From: Heterodontus francisci
Taxonomy: Eukaryota
Assembly (NCBI RefSeq): GCF_036365525.1
Contig: NC_090401.1
Span: 34,784,745 to 34,848,744 of the forward strand
Direction: 5' to 3'
DNA: 64,000 nt
A program made the translations under genes and the position numbers. Below are positions 24,865-36,449 of this stretch, piece by piece (the stretch's first letter is position 1; every line of letters begins with the position of its first letter). The notes beneath the pieces were generated by a model, which did no database searches, was not told the DNA's origin, and saw only the letters and a list, made by a program, of their open reading frames with translations.

Positions 24865-26030
24865 TTTTAATTCATTCGGGGGCTGTGGGCGTCACTGGCC
24901 AGGCCAGCATTTATTGCTCATCCCTAATTGCCCTTGAGAAGGTGGTGGTGAGCTGCCTTCTTAAACTGCTACCGTCTTTGGGGTGTAGGTACACCAACAG
25001 TGCTGTTAAGAAGGGAGTTCCAGGATCTTGACCCAGCAACAGTGAAAGACCAGCGATATAGTTCCAAGTCAGGATGGTATGTGGCTTGGATGGGAGCTTG
25101 CAGGTGGTGGTGTTCCCATGCATCTGTTGCCCTTGTCCTTCTAGGTGGTAGTGGTCGTAGGTTTGGAAGGTGCCATCAAAGGAGCTTTGGTGAGTTGCTG
25201 CAGTGCATCTTGTAGATGGTACACACTGCTGCGACTGTGGTAGAGGGAGTGAATGCTGAAGGTGGCAGATGGGGTGCCAATCAAGTGGGCTGCTTTGTCC
25301 TGGATGGTGTCGAGCTTCTGGAGTGTTGTTGGAGCTGCACCCATCCAGGCAAAGTGGAGAGTATTCATCACACTCCTGACTTGTGCCTTGTAGATGAAGG
25401 ACAGGCATTGGGGAGATGGGAGGTGAGATACTTGCCACAGAATTCCCAGCCTCTGACCTGCTCTTGTAGCCGCAGCATTTATGTGGCTGGTCCAGTTCAA
25501 TTTCTGGTCAGTGGTGACCCTGAGGATGTTGATAGTGGGGTATTCAGCGATGGTAAGGCCATTGAACATCAATGGGAGATGGTTAGATTCTCTCTTGATT
25601 GAGATAGTCATTCCCTGGCACGAATATTATTTGCCACTTATCAGCCCAAGCCTGGGTGTTGTCTTGCTGCACATGGATATGGGCTGCTTCAGTATCTGAG
25701 GAGTTGCGAATGGTGCTGAACATTGTGCGATCATCAGCGAACATCTCCACTTCTGACCTTATGATGGAGGGAAGATCATTGATGAAGCAGTTGAAAATGG
25801 TTGGGCCTAGGATACTTCCCTGAGGAACTCCTGCAGTGATGTCCTGGGACTGAGATGATTGACCTCTAACAACCACAACCATCTTCCTTTGTGCTAGGTT
25901 TGACTCCAACCAGCGGAGAGTTTTCCCCCTGATTCCCATTGACTCCAGTTTTGCTAGGGCTCCTTGATGCCATACTCGGTCAAATGCTGCCTTGATGTCA
26001 AGGGCAGTCACACTCTCATCACATCTGTGT
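24865..26030 (-). mobile_element. CR1-group LINE (family B) RT and 3' end
   Basis: ORF 25583-26095: ALDIKAAFDRVWH...GVPQGSILGPTIFNCFINDL...MFADD reverse-transcriptase motifs. Confidence 0.9.
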
Positions 26031-26167
26031 TCCCAGAGGACAGGCACTATAATAGAGCTACAAGTAACTGACTGTATCCTCATGCCTTGCGGCAAACACT
26101 TCTGCCAACTGATCGCATTGATAGTGACTTAATTAATGACTCTGTGGTAAGGTGCAAGTTTCAGGAT

Positions 26168-26388
26168 AAAATAAAAGCAAGATACTGCAGATGCTGGAAA
26201 TCTGAAATAAAAACAAAAAGTGCTGGAAATACTCCGGTCTGGCTGCATCTGTGGAGAGAGAAGCAAAGTTAACATTTCAGGTCACTGTTCTGATGAAAGA
26301 TCACTGACCTGAAATGTTAACTTTGCCTCTCTCTCTCCACAGATGCTGCCAGACCTGCTGAGTATTTCCAGCACTTTTTGTTTTTATT
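26168..26388. mobile_element. Inverted pair of PLE termini with a central hammerhead-like core
   Basis: About 80-bp inverted arms (26207-26284 / 26306-26388); CTGATGA-A-AGATC-ACT-GACCT-GAAAT-GTT at 26290-26318. Confidence 0.8.
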
Positions 26389-26561
26389 ACAAGTTAAAGA
26401 ATGCTATCTTGTAGCTCTGCATGGATAAATAAGAGGGAAGGAAAATAAACTAAGAAACGAATCTGGCAGTTTTATTCTTTCTAAAATGCTTGTATACTTA
26501 CAGGATATTTATTTAGGTAATGTAGAATATGCTGATCAATTCCTTTTTGTTTTCCAATCAG

Positions 26562-26666
26562 GTATAAGAACATCCCACATATGTCGTTTGATGACACAGG
26601 CAGAGAACCTGATCAGGTGTTTCCACTTTGTCGCGATGTCACAGGGGAGCTGGAATATACCACAAA
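26562..26666 (+). CDS. PITHD1: PITHD1 exon 4
   Basis: ccaatcag|YKNIPHMSFDDTGREPDQVFPLCRDVTGELEYTTK|gtatgt, 105 nt. Confidence 0.95.
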
Positions 26667-26814
26667 GTATGTCCATTTTTGATGTGCTTAAAAAAAAAGA
26701 TGAAATTGGTCTTTACCAGTAACGTGAAACACACTCAACAAATCAGCAATCTGATTCCTGTTCGCTAATTAAGAAAATCAAGCGCAATGTAAAATTGGCG
26801 CTGTCGATTGCTAC

Positions 26815-27290
26815 AACATCTATTTATATAGTGCCTTTAACATAATAAAATGTCCCAAGGCGCTTCACGGGAGCTTTATAAAACAACATATGACACCGAG
26901 CCACATGAGATATTCGGTCAGATGTCCAAAAGGGGTAGGTTTAAGGAGTGGCTTAAAAGGGGAAAGAGAGGTAGGGAGGGCATCAGCCACCAATAGTGGA
27001 GCGATTAAAATCATGGAGGCTTAAGAGGCCATAATTAGAGGAGTGCAGATACCTGAGAGTCTTGGGGCTGGAGGAGGTTACAGAGATAGGGAGCGGCGAG
27101 GCTATGGAGGGATTTGAAAACAAGGATGAGAATCTTAAAATCAAGAGGTTGCTTAACCGGGAACCAATGTAGGTCAGCGAGCACAGGGATGATGGGTGAA
27201 TGGGACTTGGTACAAGTTAAGACACAGGTAGCAGAGTTTTGGATGATCTGAAATTATCTGAAGAATGTGGGAGACCAACCAGAAGTGCAT
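26815..27290 (-). mobile_element. L2-type LINE 3' fragment
   Basis: Minus-strand tail AAGCGCCTTGGGACATTTT...GGCACTATATAAATAGATG typical of L2; upstream HWFPVKQPLDFKILILVFKSL-like remnant. Confidence 0.65.
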
Positions 27291-28085
27291 TTACAAACAG
27301 GTTTCGCACTACTGGTGAAGACTATTACTTTCCCCTGCTCCCTGTTTTCCTGCTAACCCTCCCCAAAATCTGTTGAACTGGTACTAATGTGGAACTGAAA
27401 CTGATATTCGAAGTTAGTTAAGTGATGGTCCGCAAGAGATTATTTACCAAGTTTTGGTTTTGCCTGACATTGGATTGTAAATTAAAAATAAAACACTGAG
27501 GTCCTTCCAGGATTTGTTCAAAGTTCCAAAAATAATGTTTAGCACATCGTTACCTCAAAATATTAAATCATTTTATCAATATTAGGTGTTTTATTGCTTA
27601 CGTAGGTGTGTGGGTAGTATAGTGGATTAGCACATCGATTCTTTGCCTTTAGAAATAGGGTTCAGATCCAGACTGATAAGATGAAAGCCTCACTAATACA
27701 CCAAAGTAAAACACAAGAAAACTGCTGAAAATTCAGCACAAGTTGAAATTCAATCATAGTCCATTCATGTTTGCAATTTGATACTGATGGCAAATCCAAA
27801 GTGGCAAACAGTAAATGTAAACAGAGCAGCGTTCCTGCCACCAGAGGCAGTGCACACCAACAAAACAGATGGTCTTAACTTGCATCTCCAAAAGCAGCAT
27901 TTGCAGCTAGCTGGTTGCCTTCGAAGGTGGCCAAAAATACATCACTACCAGAGGGCTGAGTGCCCAAAATAGTCCGAACTCCTTCCTTGCAGGCTAACCA
28001 AATGATTTTGCTATCATTCGTAAAAGACTTTGCCACTGTCCTAAAAAACCTTTGCCAAGTGATATTGAACATTGTAGTCACAATA

Positions 28086-28238
28086 AAAACAAGAAATGCT
28101 GGAACCACTCAGCAGGTCTGGCAGCATCTGTGGAACGAGAAGCAGAGTTAACGTTTCGGGTCAGTGACCCTTCTTCGGAAGCATTTCTTGTTTTTATTTC
28201 AGATTTCCAGCATCCGCAGTATTTTGCTTTTATATTAA
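28086..28238 (-). mobile_element. PLE-derived mini-element with hammerhead core, inverted terminal piece and 13-bp TSD
   Basis: Direct repeat TGTAGTCACAATA at 28073-28085 and 28239-28251; minus-strand core CCGAAGA-A-GGGTC-ACT-GACCC-GAAAC-GTT-AACT identical to 18331-18363. Confidence 0.85.
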
Positions 28239-28487
28239 TGTAGTCACAATAGTTAATTGGCCAAATGACTAAAATATGTATGTCTGTTCTTTTACGTTTG
28301 CAAGAGCTATCAGGTGTGATAGTAGCATTCTACATTTCTATTACTCATTGTAGTAGAGACTGTCTTATAATTAACCACTATCACCTGCAAAAAGTGGTAT
28401 CTTGAACTACTTATACCCCCAATTAGTAACTACAGCAGGGTCAATACTTTTTAAGGTTTCTACCTATTTTTTTTCCCTCCTTTTTAG

Positions 28488-28596
28488 GATAGCCCGTTTC
28501 TCCGGTGTTCACCATCTTTCCATTCACATAACCAAGAATTTTGGTGCAGAGACTTCAAAAATTTATTATATAGGATTGCGAGGGGAGTGGTCAGAG
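28488..28596 (+). CDS. PITHD1: PITHD1 exon 5
   Basis: tttttag|IARFSGVHHLSIHITKNFGAETSKIYYIGLRGEWSE|gtgagt, 109 nt. Confidence 0.96.
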
Positions 28597-30222
28597 GTGA
28601 GTCTGAGGCACATTAAAATTAGCTTGGAAAAGTTAAAAAGAATTCGCTGGCATGAGCTTACATTACTCTTGGAGTGATATTGCACAGCAAATATTGATCT
28701 CTCTGATGTGATTGACAGCCTTGGAAAAACATATGGTCTTTTCAGTCAGATGGTGTGCAATTTCTCTGGTGCCTAGGTGAATATATTGAAGTAATTTCAC
28801 TGCAGTTTTTGAAGTATGTAATGCTTACGATCAAAATACAGCATGGATTTCCATGTACATGAGTGAATAGTCAGATCCGGTTGTTGCCTGAAATCTGCTC
28901 TTCGTATGTGCCACTGAATAATAATTAGGTATGTGAACTTTTTTTTTAAAATGGTTTATTCCATTCCTCAGCCAGGGGTGCTAAGGCTAATTATAGCACC
29001 ACTTTAGATGAAATTCATACAAAGTAGGCATCTGACCTGAGACCTACCTGATCCGAATGGTTTAGTAGGACATTGTTTGGTGCATTTAGCTACTGAACTC
29101 ACTTGTGCATTTATTTTTACTACTTTTAAACTAAGCAATAATTTTTAATTCAGCTTTTTACTATTCAACAACAACAACTTCCAATTAGATAACATCCCAG
29201 GACGCTTCACGGGCATTGAGCAACAAATGCCACAGAAGGAGATTTTTAACAGGAGTGACCAAAAGTTTGGTTGAAAAGATGGGTTTTAAGGCGGGTCAAA
29301 AGAGAAGAAGGAGAGATGGAGGAGTTTACGGAGATCATTTCGGAGCATGAGCATGTACATCTAAAGGCATGGTCACAAATGATGGGGCATAAAAGAGCTG
29401 TCAAGAGAACAGAGGCTTCTGGAGGGGTTGTACATCTGCAGGAAGTTAGAGAGATGGGGGAGGAATGAGGCAATGAAGGAATTTAAATAGAATGAGAATT
29501 TTAAATTGAGCCATTGAAGAATCAGAAGCTAAAATGGGTTAAGAGGGTGAGCAGAACTTGGTATTGGATAGAAAACAGACAGCAGTTTTGAATGAGCATG
29601 GTTACAGTGGGTGGAAATGTTATTTTCTTTCCCTCCCTTTTAGTTAAAGCAGCATTGCAGTCAGCACCATACTGCCTCCAACATTTTAAGAATTAAATCA
29701 TAGTATTTTTGGGGGGTGGGGGGGGAGTTCAAAATTGGGTAAAATAGCACATATTTATTCTTTCATGAGATGTGGGCATCGTTGGCTAGGCCAGCATTTA
29801 TGGCCCATCCCTAATTGCCCTTGAGAAGGTGGTGGTGAGCAGCCTTCTTGAACCTCTGCAAACCATGTGGGGTAGGTACACCTAGAGTGCTGTTAGGAAT
29901 GGAGTTCCAGAATTTTGAAGGAATGACGATATGGTTCCAAGTCAGGATGGTGTGTGGCTTGGAGGTCAACTTGCAGGTGGTGGTGTTCCCATGTATCTGC
30001 TGAAGAGTCACAGATGTAATCCCAGTGGTGCTTTACCTTATCTGGGTATACTTGAAAGCAAGACTGCTTCTGAAAAGTGTATGTCTTCCATTTCACTGTC
30101 ATCGGTCCCTGATGGACAGAAAAATTTGTCTTTTTAAACAAAAATGTAGAAAGTAATCCTCTGATAGAATTAAGTAACACAAAATGAAGCATGTAGAATA
30201 TATATTTTTCTTTTTCGAACAG

Positions 30223-30324
30223 GGTCACAGACATGAAGTAACACTCTGTACATATGAAGCTTCTGCCAACCCTACAGATCACAAAATTGACCTCATCACT
30301 CCTCAGACACACTTCATTGCTTGA
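30223..30324 (+). CDS. PITHD1: PITHD1 exon 6 (last coding)
   Basis: cgaacag|GHRHEVTLCTYEASANPTDHKIDLITPQTHFIA*; spliced CDS 627 nt = 208 aa plus stop. Confidence 0.95.
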   Translation, partial: GHRHEVTLCTYEASANPTDHKIDLITPQTHFIA

Positions 30325-30729
30325 AACATGACTTCTGATATAGCATGCTCAAAAAGGAAAGACTGCTCTACCAAGAAGAAAGCACTTCTGGAATATCAGG
30401 GACTTCTACAGTAAATGCCCAGTGGGATAGACTTCTACAATATATAAGCTTCATGCAATTGCGACTGTCTTGTAAATTGTAAATCAGCAAAGGTGTAGTG
30501 AACAGAAGATTAGTAAGGAGGTAACGTTCACAGTTTAATTGTAGTCTGCAGTTACTGCTTTGATTCGTAAATGTTAAAATACTGATTTTTGTGACTATAA
30601 ATAGAAATAGCTGACACATTGATATTCTTAGACTAAAACAGGTGTTTTCTATTAGAATGTAATACCTAATTTTGATTTTTCATCAACAATGTATGACACG
30701 TATTTGGCAATGAATGCCTTCAGAAAGGT

Positions 30730-30843
30730 GTTCTAATGAAAGGTCACTGACCTACTTCTCTCCACAGACGCTGCCTGACCTGAGTATTTTCAGCACTTTC
30801 TATTTTTATTTGATTTCCAGCATCTGCAGTATTTTGCTTTTAC
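30730..30843 (+). mobile_element. Degenerate PLE terminus downstream of the PITHD1 stop
   Basis: CTAATGA-A-AGGTCACTGACCT followed by deletion of the GAAACGTT segment, then the shared terminus. Confidence 0.65.
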
Positions 30844-32759
30844 AGTAACATCTACATCTGTCCTATGTAATCTGCTATCAGTTCTTTCCCATTTTTGCCT
30901 GCAAGTTGCTGCTTTTCCTATATGCCTTTTGTACATTAGATTATATAACCATGAACATCATTGTGCCCTTTGAGTATCAATGAGGTGAATGGAGGTTTAC
31001 TGTACAGCTTGAAACCTAAGTTAACATGGACATAGCATAAGTTGGTTGGATGTTTTTTGCTGCAATATCCACTTTGCTTGAACTTTCCGTTATATTTTCT
31101 GGATTTGGAACTTGCTACCATGACACTGAAGAATGCAACCATGGTTTTAAGAAGAAAATAAAATAAAACATGATTCCTGTTATTGGACTGATGGTGTGTG
31201 ATCCTCTCACCTCTCTTGAAGGTAATAGTGGTTATGTTGCAAATTACTTGGTTAATCAAAGTCTTCAAATATTAAAATGTATTTCATTAAAATAGCTGTA
31301 TTACAATTGACTTTAAACAGACAAGAAACAACAGTGAAGGCTGTCTTCTATACCTGTCTGAGTGTGCAGTAACATGATGGAAATAAAATGTAAACCAAGG
31401 AAATGAATAAATCCCTCCACCTATTTATGTACATCTTACAACGTGCCTCATACCTACAGCCAGCCTTATACCGTCCAAACGATTTAAATCTTCCAGGCTG
31501 TTCAACAATCTTGAATTGTGGCCTAAGATGGATTACAACACAACTGACAGAACTCAAGGCAAAATCTATGGTTAAAAACAGCTTCAAGGGGAAGTGAAGA
31601 CAAGTGGCTTGCAGGAGTGGAAATAAGATCGAATCCTTAAAGTGAAGGTCGCTTTCAAAGGAATTGGTTGCTGTTATTTGGCACCCAAAATGTAAAGCAC
31701 AGGTGCCTCACAAATAATTTTGTTTGTTCTTCCAGAACTTGCCTCACAATCGCCACCTTTTCCTCTTCACAGCTTCCAGGTCCCAGCTTTTCCTCCCTCC
31801 AGGCCCCAACTTCCTCCTCTTTTGGGCTGCATTGGAGTAATACATGCAGAATGTGGCTAAGGAGATGAAGATTCCAAGGTGCCTGATTTGGAAAGTAGCA
31901 TTTGGTCTTTGGTGCGATTTATTGAGCACCAGTAGTGTAGGGGAAACCAGTGGTCTGACTGGTTGAAGAGCAGTGCTACTTGTATAGGTCACAAACACAA
32001 GATAGGATCAAATCTCTTGTTTGGTAGAGGATGTGGTAACCCATTAGTATGCCTTTATTTAATGTAGGGTAATACACTTTTTTATTTCTAAACAGAGGGT
32101 TGGTGTTTGTACATACAGCTTTTTAGAATGAACAATGCTGTGTCCAGTTTTCTTCGGAGGGCGAGCATTGTCCCAGGAGTGGATCGCCATTGAAACATTA
32201 TTAGAAAAGTCTGGCAATTCAATGCACATCACAATCATTTTCAAGAAAGGAATATCCATCAGGAGAAAAGGAGATGCCAGGAGCAAAAGTATAATTGAAC
32301 TGTTTATTTTGGATGAGTAATGCATGGTAGGAGTCAGGAGATATTACTTTTAGCCTACAAATTACTGTTTGTGACCTTTAATATTTAAAATCCTCAAATG
32401 TACTATGAAATTCCTCTGCTTCTTACAGGTATTAACCTATTTAAAATAAACATTTTAGTGTGTCTTAAAATACTATATTTAATCAATGTTGTATAAATCA
32501 TAGAATTATACAGCACAGAAAGAGGCCATTTGGCTTGTTATGCCTGTGCCTGTTATTTGGTAGAACTATCCAATTAATCCCACCCCCTCCGCTCTTTCCC
32601 TGTAACCCTGTAATTTTTTTCCTTTCAAGTATTTATCCAGTCCTCTTTTGAACGTTACTATTGAATCTGATACCACCACCCTTTCAGGCAATGCATTCCA
32701 GATCACAACTTGATATGGGGGGAAAAAACACCTTAGATCACCCTAAATCTGTTATAAAA

Positions 32760-35700
32760 CGTGCTGGAAATACTCAGCAGGTCTAGCAGCATCTGTGGAA
32801 AGAGAAGCAAAGTTAACATTTCAGTGACCTTTCAGCAGAAATGGCAAAGGTTAGAAAAGAATTAGGTTTTAAGTAAGGGGAGGGGAGTGGGGGAGAGAAC
32901 AAAGGGGAATGTGTTTGATAGGGCAAAGGGACAAAGCTGTCCTCGGACAAAGGCAAAGTGTGTGTTAATGCTGGTGAAAGGCAAAGCATTAGTCCAGAGA
33001 CTGTGGTAATAATGGAATAATGAGCAGCTCTGCTTGCATGAATATCAGGCACACGGTTAAAATATAAAATATTTTTTAAAAAAGGCCAGTCATGCTCTGA
33101 AGTTATTGAACTTAGTGTTCAGTCCACAAAGCTGTAGAGTGCCTAATCGAAAGATCAGGTGCTGCTCCTCGAGTTTGCGTTGATGTTCACTGAAACAGTG
33201 GAGCGGGCCAAACATTGAAATGTTGGGATGAGAGCAGGGGCAGTGTTGAAATGGCAAGCAACCGGAAGTTCAGAGTCATGCTTTCGGTGTGAGCGGAGAT
33301 GTTCAGCAAAGCAGTCACCCAATCTGCGTTTGGTCTCCCCAGTGTAGAGAAGACCGTATTGTGAGCAGAGAATACAGTAACCTAAATTGAAGTACAAGTA
33401 AATTGCTGCTTCACCTAAAAGGAGTGTTTTGGGCCTTGGTTAGTGAGGAGAGAGGGGGTAAAAGGGTAGGTGTTATACCTCCTGCGATTGCATGGGAAGG
33501 GGGCGAGGTGTCGGGGGTAATGGAGGAGTGAACCGGGTGTCGTGGAGGGAACGATCCCTTTGGAATCCTAACGGGAGGGGAGGGGAAGATGCGTTTGGTG
33601 GTGGCATCATGCTGGAGGTAGCGGAAAAGGCGGAGGATGATCCTCTGGATATGGAGGCTGGTGAGGTGGAAAGTGAGGACAAGGAGAACCCTGTCGCGGT
33701 TCTGGAAGGGAGGGGATGGCGTGAGAGCAGAAGTGTGGGAAATGGGCCGGACGCATTGAGAGCCCTGTCAACCACACTGGGGGGAGAAATCTTCGGTTAA
33801 GGAAAAAGGAAGACATATCAGAGGCGCTGTTGTGGAAGGTTGCATCATCAGAGCAGATGTGCCGGAGATGGAGAAACTGGGAGAATGGAATGGAGTCCTT
33901 ACAAGAGGCAGGGTGTGAAGAAGTGTAGTTGAGGTGGCTGTGGGAGTCGGTGGGTTTATAATGAATATTAGTGGACAGCCTATCACCAGAGATAGAGACA
34001 GAGAATTCCAGGAAGGGAAGGGACATGCTGGAGGTGGACCCTGTAAAGGTGAGAGAAGGGTGGAAATTGGAAGCAAAGTTGTTAATGTTTTCCAATTCGG
34101 GGAGGGAGCAGGAAACAGCACCGATACAGTCATTACTGTACCGGAAAAAGTTGGGGGAGGGGGTCCGTGTAGAACTGGAACAAGGAATGTTTGACATATC
34201 CCACAAAAAGACAGGCATAACTAGGACCCATGCGGCTACCCATAGCAACACCTTTTACTTGAAGGAAGTGAGTGGAGTTGAAGGAGAAGTTGTTCAAAGT
34301 GAGAACACGTTCAGCCAGGTGGAGGAGGGTGGTGGTGGATGGGGACTGGTTGGGCCTCTGTTCAAGGAAGAAATGGAGAGCCCTCAAACCATCCTGGTGG
34401 GGGATGGAGGTGTAGAGAGACTGGATGTCCATAATCAAGAACAGGGTGTTGGGGCCAGGAAACAGGAAATTGTTAAAATGACGTAGGGTGTCAGAAGAGT
34501 CACAGATGTAAGTGGGAAGAGACTGGACCAACAGAGAAAAGATAGTGTCAAGATAGGAAGAAATAAGTTCAGTGGGACAGGAACAGGCTGAAACGATGGG
34601 TCTGCCAGGACAGTCCTGTTTGTGGATTTTAGGAAGGAAGTAGAAGCGGGCTGTCTGGGGTTGCGGGACTCCTTCTTTGGCCTCCTTGTCTCGAGAGACA
34701 ATGGGTAAGTGCCGAGAGGTGGTCAATGGTTTGTGAAGCAGCGCCTGGAGTGGCTATAAAGACCAATTCTAGAGTGACAGATTCTTCCACAGGTGCTGCA
34801 GATAAAATTGGTTATCGGGGTTGTTACATAGTTGGCTCTCTCCTTGCGCTTCTGTCTTTTTTCCTGCCAACAACTAAGTCTCTTCGACTCACCACTCTTT
34901 AGCCCCGTCTTTATGGCTGTCCGCCAGCTCTGGCGATCACTGGCACTGACTCCCATAACTTGTGGTCAATGTCACAGGACTTCATGTCGCATTTGCAGAT
35001 GTCTTTAAAGCGGAGACATGGGCAGCCGGTGGGTCGGATACCAGTGATGAGCTCGCTGTACAATGCGTCCTTGGGGATCACATTGCCAAGCCATCTCAAG
35101 TGCTACTGGCTCAGTAGGATGTAGGCCGCCTTGAGGACTTCTGCGTTGAAGATACGGTCCTGATGCCAAGGATTCTCCGGAGGCAGCGAAGATGGAATGA
35201 ATTGAGACATCCCTCTTGGCTGACATACGTTGTCCAGGCCTTGCTGCCGTAGAGCAAGGTACTGAGGACACAGGCTTGATATGCTCGGACTTCCGTGTTC
35301 AGTGTCAGTGCGCCATTTTCCCACACTCTCTTGGCCAGTCTGGACATAGCAGCAGACGCCTTTCCCATGCGCTTGTTGATTTCTGCATCGAGAGACAGGT
35401 TACTGGTGATAGTTGCGCCTAGGTGGTGAACTCTTGAACCACTTTCAGAGCGTGATTGCCGATATTGATGGATGGAGCATTTCTGACATCCATGATGTTT
35501 GTTTCCTTGAGGCTGATGATTAGGCCAAATTCGTTGCAGGCAGCCACAATCCTGTCGATGAGTCTCTGCAGACACTCTTCTGTGTGGGATGTTAATGCAG
35601 CATCGTCAGCAAAGAGGAGTTCCCTGATGAGGACCTTCCGTACTTTGGTCTTCGCTCTAAGACGGGCAAGGTTGAACAACCTGCCATCTGATCTTGTGTG

Positions 35701-36440
35701 AAGGAAAATTCCTCCTTCTGAAGACTTGAACGCATGTGAGAGCAGCAGGGTGAAGAAGATCCCAAACAGTGTAGGTTGGAAAGCTGTAGAGGGAAGATCA
35801 CCGAAGGAGCTGAGGTCTGTCACAGTCCTGTGGACAGTAGCTTGATGTTCAGTGGTGGGGTCATGGTCCAGGGGGAGGTAGGAAAAAGTGTCTGAGAGTT
35901 GGCACTCAGCCTCTGCCAGGTAGAGGTCGGTACGCCAGACAACAACAGCATCACCCTTGTCTGCAGGTTTGATCACAATGTCGGGGTTAGACCTGAGAGA
36001 ACGGAGTGTAGCAAGTTCAGAAGGAGACAGAGTGAGTGAGGGGAGCAGAGAAATTGAGACGGCCGATGTCTTGCCGACAGTTCTCAATGAAAAGATCAAG
36101 AGCGGTAAGAGGCCAGTGGGAGGGATCCAGGTGGAGGGAGAATGCTGGAGGTAGGTGAATGGGTCTGCTGGTCGGGGGAAGGACTCATGGTCAAAGAGGT
36201 GAAGCCGATGGAAGAAGAGCTCAACGTCAGGCCGAGTGTGAAATTCATTCAGGTGGGTGCGTAAGGAGATAAAACTGAGTCCTTTGCTGAGTACAGAACG
36301 TTCAGTCTCAGAGGGAGGAAGGTCAGAGGGTATAGTGAATACACGGCAAGGGGTCAGAGGGAAGTGAAGGATAAGAAGGATCTGGAGGGGCATAGGTCCC
36401 CATCAGCTGCTGGAGCTTGCGTTCCTTAACACCTGAAAGG
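32760..36440 (-). mobile_element. Decayed Penelope-like retroelement (RT + GIY-YIG endonuclease)
   Basis: IKPADKG motif, ARFYFLPKIHK, MDIQSLYTSIPH, QVKGVAMGSRMGPSYA, FRYSND (decayed YIDD), YKPTDSH, and GIY-YIG LYTGETKRRLGDCFAEH; frameshifted. Confidence 0.92.
34671..35775 (-). mobile_element. 5'-truncated RTE-clade LINE nested in the PLE
   Basis: PTLFGIFF..., RELLFADDAAL, LDAEINKRMGKAS, LLYGSKAWT, C-terminal CSTCGRICHSRIGLYSHSRRC; PLE sequence resumes on both sides. Confidence 0.88.
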
Positions 36441-36449
36441 CAGAAAAAA

